DNA of 64,000 bases. Source: Candidatus Omnitrophota bacterium (GTDB taxonomy: Bacteria; Ratteibacteria; UBA8468; MWAK01). Under the pieces are notes generated by a model that saw only the letters and a list, made by a program, of their open reading frames with translations, searched no databases and was not told the origin of the DNA. This document shows, one piece after another, positions 58,646-64,000 of this stretch. A program made the translations under genes and the position numbers. Numbering within the stretch: position 1 is the first letter of the stretch; each line of letters begins with the position of its first letter. The stretch spans positions 41,223-105,222 of the forward strand of contig JBDRQI010000002.1 of the NCBI GenBank assembly GCA_043826355.1, given 5' to 3'.

Positions 58646-59137
58646 TTATGAGAGTACCTCCCGGACTCCGGCGATAACCCATTCGTCATTGGGCACTACA
58701 TCTTGTTCCAGTTTGGTGCCGTAAGGAATGCCGGTGCGCATACCGCAAACGCGTTTTACCGGTGCAAGCAGATTGCGAAAACAGTTTTCCATTATAACCG
58801 CCGAAACCTCTCCGCTCCAGCCGCCTTCAGCCGGCGCTTCCGTTACCATTACGCATCGTTTCGTTTTAGAGACTGATTTCACTAGGGTTTCTTTGTCTAA
58901 CGGCCAGAGGGTTCGCGGGTCAACAACCTCGCAGGAAATGCCTTCCCGGGCTAACCGCTGGGCTGCTTTAAGCGCGTGCAGCACCATCCAGGAGGTGGCG
59001 ATGATGGTTACATCGTTACCTTCGCATTTGACATCAGCCACTCCCAGCGGCACAAGGTATTCTTCTTCCGGTACTTCACCCTTGGTAAAATAAAGGAAAT
59101 TAATTGCTTCTTCTATTCTTTGGCGAGAGGTCATCAT
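58646..59137 (-). pseudogene. Chimeric remnant: UroD-family-like start fused to the C-terminal half of a 2-oxoacid/acetoin dehydrogenase E1 beta subunit
   Basis: MTSRQRIEEAINF followed by LYFTKGEVPEEEYLVPLG..EGNDVTI..EVVDPRTLWPLD..SVSKT. The pyrimidine-binding domain is missing. Confidence 0.7.
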
Positions 59138-59278
59138 AACTAATCTTTCTCTTTTATTTTCGTTAAGTGTCTACCTTCAAAATTGTACCGTTTTCTTTTT
59201 TCCAAGGTCAAATATCATCAGGGAGGACGCCGATGCAATCTTTTCTAAATGAAATTAACGGTGGTATAATTAAGTGAG

Positions 59279-60082
59279 ATGAAGTATTTGAGAGCCATTA
59301 CTGAAAAGACCGGGTTGGCCGGGAGTTATGGAATTCTAAAAGGAGAAACAATTCACCTGCTTGACCGTCCTCTTTTTTCCGGTGAGGTTCAAGAGACCGG
59401 AGTTTTTGTACCGCTGGCGGAAGTGAAGAGATTTCTGCCGCCGGTTGACCCGCCCAACATTATCGCTCTGGGTTTAAATTACATTGAGCACGCCAAAGAA
59501 GGCAAGTGGGACTTGCCTCCGGCGCCGGTTATCTTTCTGAAGGCGACAACCTCTTTGGCCGGCCACCTTGCGCCGATTATCCTGCCGCCGGAAGCGCCTT
59601 CCGAGGTTGATTATGAGGCAGAATTGACCATTGTAATCGGAAAAGAAGCAAAAAACGTTCCGGAAGACAAGGCGTTTGATTATGTCTTCGGCTACACCTG
59701 CGGGAACGACGTCAGCGCCCGGGATTGCCAGATGCGCATGGATAAACAGTGGTCCAGAGCAAAGTCATTTGACACCTTTGCGCCGGTTGGCCCGGTTATT
59801 GAAACCGAGCTTGACCCGTCTAATCTGGCGGTGCAATCTATGCTGAATGGGAAGGTAATGCAGGACGGTAACACCCGGGACCTTATCTTTAAAGTTCCGG
59901 CTATCGTCAGTTACCTCTCCCGGCAGATGACCCTGCTTCCCCAGACCCTGATTATGACCGGTACTCCGCCGGGCGTCGGTTTTGTCCGTAAGCCTCCGGT
60001 TTTCCTCAAACCCGGGGACCGGATAGAAGTGGAGATAGAGGGCATCGGTACGCTGGTAAACCCGGTGGTAATGGAAAGGTAG
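59279..60082 (+). CDS. Fumarylacetoacetate hydrolase family protein
   Basis: Motifs GLNY..HA, DYEAEL, NDVSARD, KSFDTF and TGTPPGVG. The sequence shows it on the + strand (ATG at 59279) although the ORF track labels it '-'. Confidence 0.93.
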   Translation: MKYLRAITEKTGLAGSYGILKGETIHLLDRPLFSGEVQETGVFVPLAEVKRFLPPVDPPNIIALGLNYIEHAKEGKWDLPPAPVIFLKATTSLAGHLAPIILPPEAPSEVDYEAELTIVIGKEAKNVPEDKAFDYVFGYTCGNDVSARDCQMRMDKQWSRAKSFDTFAPVGPVIETELDPSNLAVQSMLNGKVMQDGNTRDLIFKVPAIVSYLSRQMTLLPQTLIMTGTPPGVGFVRKPPVFLKPGDRIEVEIEGIGTLVNPVVMER

Positions 60083-60130
60083 GGGTTTGATTTATCAAAC
60101 CCGAACGGGCGCGATAAATCGCGCCCCTAC
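60079..60130. repeat. GTAG-type REP dimer overlapping the FAH stop codon
   Basis: gtaggggtttgatttatcaaacccgaacgggcgcgataaatcgcgcccctac. Confidence 0.85.
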
Positions 60131-60145
60131 AATTCGGCAGTAGTT

Positions 60146-60949
60146 TTAGGGCAAGGCGTCCTGCAGGAAGTTGCGGAAGTAAGCGAGGAGCGGGGAAGAA
60201 ATATTGAACTTTTGCTCTATCTTCTGCATTCGGCCCGTCAGAAGCGCAAGCTTTTTTCTCATTACCGGCCTCGATTCCAGTTTTTCCGCATCGGCCAAAT
60301 CATCCCGAACCTGAAAGGCCATTCCGAAGTCCCGCCCGTATTCGGCCATCAGGCGGACCCGGCCGGCCTTTGCCCCGGCAATCATCGCGCCTAATTTAAA
60401 GGTTAGTTCAAAGAGCGCGGCGGTCTTTTTTCGCCTTATCTCTTCTAATATTTTTACCGTAGGATTTTTAGTCAGGTGGGTGAGGTCCAGGAATTGGCCG
60501 GCGGTCAGACCGTCCAGTCCGGTGGCGTCAATTGCGGCCAGAGATACTTCTGCCGGGTAGTTTTCAAGCAACTGTTGGAAAGATAGAATTAAGAGATAGT
60601 CGGAAGCCAGGAGCGCGGTATATTCCGGATAGGCGCGGTGCAGGGTCGGTTTTCCCCGGCGCAGGTCATCATTATCCATAGAAGGCAGGTCGTCCTGGAT
60701 GAGGGAGAAAGCGTGAATCAGTTCTATGGCCGCGGCGGCCGGAATTGCCTTCTTTCCCTTGCCTCCGCAGAGGCGGTATGCGTGAAGCAGGAGGATTGGC
60801 CTGATGCGTTTGCCCCCGGAGAAGACCGCATACCGGAGAGCAGCGGAGAATGTTTTCAGGTTATCTTTTCTTTGGGGTAGAATTGAATTAAGGTACCGGT
60901 CCACCCGGGCTTTTTCTCTTTCCAAAAATTCTGGTATTTTTCCGTTCAA
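60146..60949 (-). CDS. ispA: Polyprenyl (farnesyl/geranylgeranyl) diphosphate synthase
   Basis: Motifs GGKRIRP, DDLPSMDNDDLRRGKPT, GQFLD, KKT and FQVRDD. Confidence 0.88.
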   Translation of the reverse strand: MNGKIPEFLEREKARVDRYLNSILPQRKDNLKTFSAALRYAVFSGGKRIRPILLLHAYRLCGGKGKKAIPAAAAIELIHAFSLIQDDLPSMDNDDLRRGKPTLHRAYPEYTALLASDYLLILSFQQLLENYPAEVSLAAIDATGLDGLTAGQFLDLTHLTKNPTVKILEEIRRKKTAALFELTFKLGAMIAGAKAGRVRLMAEYGRDFGMAFQVRDDLADAEKLESRPVMRKKLALLTGRMQKIEQKFNISSPLLAYFRNFLQDALP

Positions 60950-62469
60950 CTCATCCCTTTCAATTCTCTTTTGGAAATTTTGTTGGCTGCCGTGCGGGGC
61001 AGTTCGGTCTTAAAGATAATCCGCCGCGGAAGTTTATAAGTGGCAAGGTATTTCCTCAAAAAATCTAAAATTTCTCTTGATTTTGTCTCCATTCCTTCCT
61101 TCAGGACGATAAAAGCCACCGGTATCTCGCCGGTTGAGGTTAGTTCGCCGACGACCGCCGCCTCCTTCACGTCCGGGTGCCGGTACAGGACCGCTTCCAC
61201 TTCCCGCGGGTAGATGTTAAGGCCCCGGAAATCTATCATCTCTTTTTTGCGGTCTACGACGAAGAAGTATCCTTCTTCGTCTTTTTTACCCAGGTCTCCG
61301 GTCAGGAGCCAGCCGTCTTTAATTACCTCGCGGGTATCTTCAAGCCGGTTGTAATATCCGGCCATGACGTTCTTGCCCCGGACGGCCAGTTCTCCGACCT
61401 GGCCGGCCGGTAATTCTTCCCCGGTTTCGGAAACAATCTTTACTTCCACGCCCGGCAGCGGGATACCGATGGAGCCGGTTTTGCGTTTCTGCGGCGGGTT
61501 CAGGGTAACCACGGGAGCCGCTTCGGTAAGGCCGTAACCTTCCAGGAGCGGGATGTGAAAACGATTTTCAAATGCGGTCAGTGTTTTCGGAGAGAGCGGA
61601 GCCGCGCCGGAGATGGCCAGCCGGATGGGGTTTAAGAACCGCACCAGGATTTTGGCGGTCAGCGGCATCCTGATTTCGCTAAAAATCTGGTAAAAGTCCG
61701 GGATGCCGATAAAGATCGTAATTCTCCGGCGTATGATTTCCGCGATTAAACTGCGGAAAGGGGTGTTTTTGGGAACGATGAAGACGGTGGAACCCAGCGA
61801 CAGGGGTATCAGAACGCAGGCGGTAAAGGCGAAGGAGTGAAAGATCGGCAGAATACAGAGAAAACGGTCTTTAGTTAAAAGGGAGACGGCTTTCCGGCAG
61901 CTCTCCACGTTGGCCAGGAGGTTGTCGTGGGTGAGCATGACCCCTTTCGGAAAGCCGGTGGTGCCGGAGGTATAGATCAGGACCGCAACGTCAGAGCCCG
62001 CGGTAATCGGCAACGGCTTTTTTTGCTCCGGGCGGAAGAGACTGCGGTAAGCGATGATGGATTCCGGGGGGGTAGTATTATCGTCGACGAGAACTACCTT
62101 TCCCAGGTTCGGAATGTGGTTTCTAAGGTTCAGGCCAGTCTGGAGAAGATTCGCTTCGGTAAAGAGAATTCTGGCGCCGCTGTCAGAGACCACAAAACCA
62201 AGCTCTTCTTCTTTCCAGAGGTAATTGAGCGGTACCGGTATTGCACCCAGGCGCAGAATGGCAAAATAGGCAACGAGGAATTCCGGACGATTGTGCAGGA
62301 ATATGGCGATGCGGTCACCGAATTTAACATCCAGCTCCAGAAGGCCGCCGGCCAGGTGGTTTATCTCTTCTTCCAATTTCCGGCAAGTGAACGTTTCCCT
62401 TCCGTAAACCAGGGCTGGTTTTTTCGGAAACAATTTGCTGCCGGAAACAATTAAATCATTCAGAACCAT
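60946..62469 (-). CDS. Long-chain fatty acid--CoA ligase
   Basis: Motifs YTSGTTGFPKG, EGYGLTE, TGD, DRKK and LPRT...KI. Confidence 0.9.
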   Translation of the reverse strand: MVLNDLIVSGSKLFPKKPALVYGRETFTCRKLEEEINHLAGGLLELDVKFGDRIAIFLHNRPEFLVAYFAILRLGAIPVPLNYLWKEEELGFVVSDSGARILFTEANLLQTGLNLRNHIPNLGKVVLVDDNTTPPESIIAYRSLFRPEQKKPLPITAGSDVAVLIYTSGTTGFPKGVMLTHDNLLANVESCRKAVSLLTKDRFLCILPIFHSFAFTACVLIPLSLGSTVFIVPKNTPFRSLIAEIIRRRITIFIGIPDFYQIFSEIRMPLTAKILVRFLNPIRLAISGAAPLSPKTLTAFENRFHIPLLEGYGLTEAAPVVTLNPPQKRKTGSIGIPLPGVEVKIVSETGEELPAGQVGELAVRGKNVMAGYYNRLEDTREVIKDGWLLTGDLGKKDEEGYFFVVDRKKEMIDFRGLNIYPREVEAVLYRHPDVKEAAVVGELTSTGEIPVAFIVLKEGMETKSREILDFLRKYLATYKLPRRIIFKTELPRTAANKISKRELKGMS

Positions 62470-62470
62470 A

Positions 62471-63016
62471 TTATTTTTTTTCGGGAAAAACTTCTCCCCG
62501 ACTGTCAATGGCTACCACCGCCGGAAAGTCCAGGATTACCAGACGCCAGACCGCCTCCGGCCCTAATTCCGGAAAAGCGACGGTCTTTGCTTTCTTGACG
62601 TGGCTGGCCAGGAGCGCGCCGCACCCGCCGTAAGTTACGAAGTAAACGGCAGAGTGTTTCTTGATGGCCAGCCGAACCTCCGCGCTTCTTTCGCCCTTGC
62701 CGATCATTCCCTTCAGGCCGTGTTCCAGGAGCAGCGGCGTGTAGCGGTCCATCCGGGAACTGGTGGTTGGGCCGGCGGAGCCGATGACCCGGTCCGGCGG
62801 AGGCGGCGTGGGTCCGGAATAGTAAAAAGTCTGTCCGGAAACCGGAAAGGGGAAAACCGGATTTTTTTTCTTTTTTTGGTCTGCCCTGATTTTATGGAAC
62901 AGGATTTTGTGAACCTGGTCCCGGGCCGTAAAGACTACGCCGGAGAGGAGTACCTCATCCCCGGCACGCAGAGTTTGTAAAATCTCTTTTTTTAACGGTA
63001 GTTTAACTTCTTTCAT
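62471..63016 (-). CDS. Fe-S hydro-lyase beta subunit (fumarate hydratase/tartrate dehydratase C-terminal type)
   Basis: Motifs LRAGDEVLLSG..TARD, GPTTSSRMD, MIGKG, ELGPEA and DSRG. Confidence 0.92.
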   Translation of the reverse strand: MKEVKLPLKKEILQTLRAGDEVLLSGVVFTARDQVHKILFHKIRADQKKKKNPVFPFPVSGQTFYYSGPTPPPPDRVIGSAGPTTSSRMDRYTPLLLEHGLKGMIGKGERSAEVRLAIKKHSAVYFVTYGGCGALLASHVKKAKTVAFPELGPEAVWRLVILDFPAVVAIDSRGEVFPEKK

Positions 63017-63017
63017 A

Positions 63018-63773
63018 TTAATTCTCCCTCACCTTTATCTTTATCCTCTCCCCGTTGGGGAGGGGAGTGGTGGGGAACGGATTAAGCATACCCGATTTCA
63101 GTTCCAGGAGCCGGTCGCAGAAATAGTCGGCCAGGTTTCGGTCGTGCGAGATAAAAAGATAGGTCAGGTTGAGTTTTTGGCGTAATTCAGTCAGAACATT
63201 GATTACCTGGGCCTGGATGGAAAGGTCAAGGTTGCTGGTCGGTTCGTCCAGAATCAGAAATTCCGGATTGACCGCCAGACTGCGGGCAATCGCAACCCGT
63301 TGCCTTTCTCCGCCGGAGAATTGAAAGGGGAATTTAGAGCCGTCGTCAGCGGAGAGACCGACCAGCCGTAATAATTGAGCGATATAATCCTTTTCTTCAG
63401 ACCTGTTTTTGACGCGATGGTAATGGATGACTTCCCCCAGGATGTCACCCACCCGCCTGCGCGGCGGTAGGGAGCGAAACGGATTTTGCAGGACAATTTG
63501 GACTTTTTTGCGCCAGAAGGACGTTTCCTGTTTGGAAAAACTAAAGATATCCCGGCCGTCGTATGTAATCTTTCCGGAGGACGGCGGGAGCAGGTGCAGA
63601 ATTATTTTGGCAAGCGTGCTTTTGCCGGAGCCGCTGTCACCCAGAATTCCTACTATTTCTCCTTTGGCCACCGTTAAGTTGATCTTTTTCAGGACTTCCA
63701 CCCGCGTCAGCGGTTTACCTAAACCCGGCCGTATCCAAAAATCCTTTTCCAGGTCCGAAATAGATAGTAGCAT
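63018..63773 (-). CDS. Oligopeptide/dipeptide ABC transporter ATP-binding protein
   Basis: Motifs GDSGSGKST, FSGGERQR, LDEPTSNLD and ISHD. The C-terminal tail is repeat-derived. Confidence 0.9.
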   Translation of the reverse strand: MLLSISDLEKDFWIRPGLGKPLTRVEVLKKINLTVAKGEIVGILGDSGSGKSTLAKIILHLLPPSSGKITYDGRDIFSFSKQETSFWRKKVQIVLQNPFRSLPPRRRVGDILGEVIHYHRVKNRSEEKDYIAQLLRLVGLSADDGSKFPFQFSGGERQRVAIARSLAVNPEFLILDEPTSNLDLSIQAQVINVLTELRQKLNLTYLFISHDRNLADYFCDRLLELKSGMLNPFPTTPLPNGERIKIKVREN

Positions 63774-63806
63774 AAATTGTAAATATTCAGTAAACGCCGT
63801 TCTGCC

Positions 63807-63854
63807 GGGGCTTGATTTATCCGAGCCCGCGGGTCGCATGAATGTAACTCCTAC
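63807..63854. repeat. Degenerate GTAG-type REP dimer overlapping a stop codon
   Basis: Minus strand gtaggagttacattcatgcgacccgcgggctcggataaatcaagcccc. Confidence 0.7.
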
Positions 63855-64000
63855 ATTAGGTATTTCTTAAAGAACTCAAAGGCTTTATTTCCTGCAAAAG
63901 CGTGGCGACCGGAGTGGATATCGGCCCAGAGTTTATCAGCTGCACCGGCTGCCCGGTAAATTCGCCTTACCCCGTCATATCCCTTGAGGGTGTCTTGGAT
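63851..64000 (-). CDS. Alpha/beta hydrolase, C-terminal part (truncated by window edge)
   Basis: Hand translation gives ...VRRIYRAAGAADKLWADIHSGRHAFAGNKAFEFFKKYLM*, which resembles the C-terminus of 38869-39879. Confidence 0.65.
   Translation of the reverse strand: MQDTLKGYDGVRRIYRAAGAADKLWADIHSGRHAFAGNKAFEFFKKYLM

Noticed and set aside
59279..60082. ORF track lists this ORF on the minus strand
   Set aside because: The ATGAAGTATTTG start and TAG stop are on the + strand, so it was annotated as +.
62471..63016. Orphan hydro-lyase beta subunit, and hisH without hisF, as a novel system
   Set aside because: Gene order is generally scrambled in this window, so the partners are probably elsewhere in the genome. 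This cannot be assessed here.

Overview
A 64-kb chromosomal window from a diderm bacterium (lpxA, lpxI). It is probably an anaerobic, glycan-degrading member of a PVC-related candidate lineage, which is inferred from gene content only. Housekeeping genes (carA and a split carB, purF, purQ, guaA, hisH, argBDF, mnmE, fmt, lpxA/lpxI, nagA, ugd, ispA-like) are interleaved with glycoside hydrolases, UroD/MtbA-fold proteins and a folate C1 cluster (fchA-folD-metV-metF-[GH29]-fhs). No rRNA, tRNA, CRISPR array or transposase was recognised. Five observations stand out. (1) The carA leader carries a tandem-hexaloop (A1/G4) ANTAR-type motif overlapping an intrinsic terminator, and about 8 kb away lies an overlapping larB-translin-GAF/ANTAR gene trio; together they form a candidate RNA-level nitrogen/carbamoyl-phosphate control system. 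(2) A low-GC, apparently leaderless HTH + nucleotidyltransferase module has a perfect 24-bp operator palindrome in its promoter. (3) Several palindromic repeat families occur, some inserted in frame in conserved proteins or supplying stop codons. (4) There is a 272-bp MITE with a TTA duplication. (5) There is a rod-shaped candidate structured RNA, plus several deletion-derived gene remnants. All product calls come from motif recognition by eye, not database searches.
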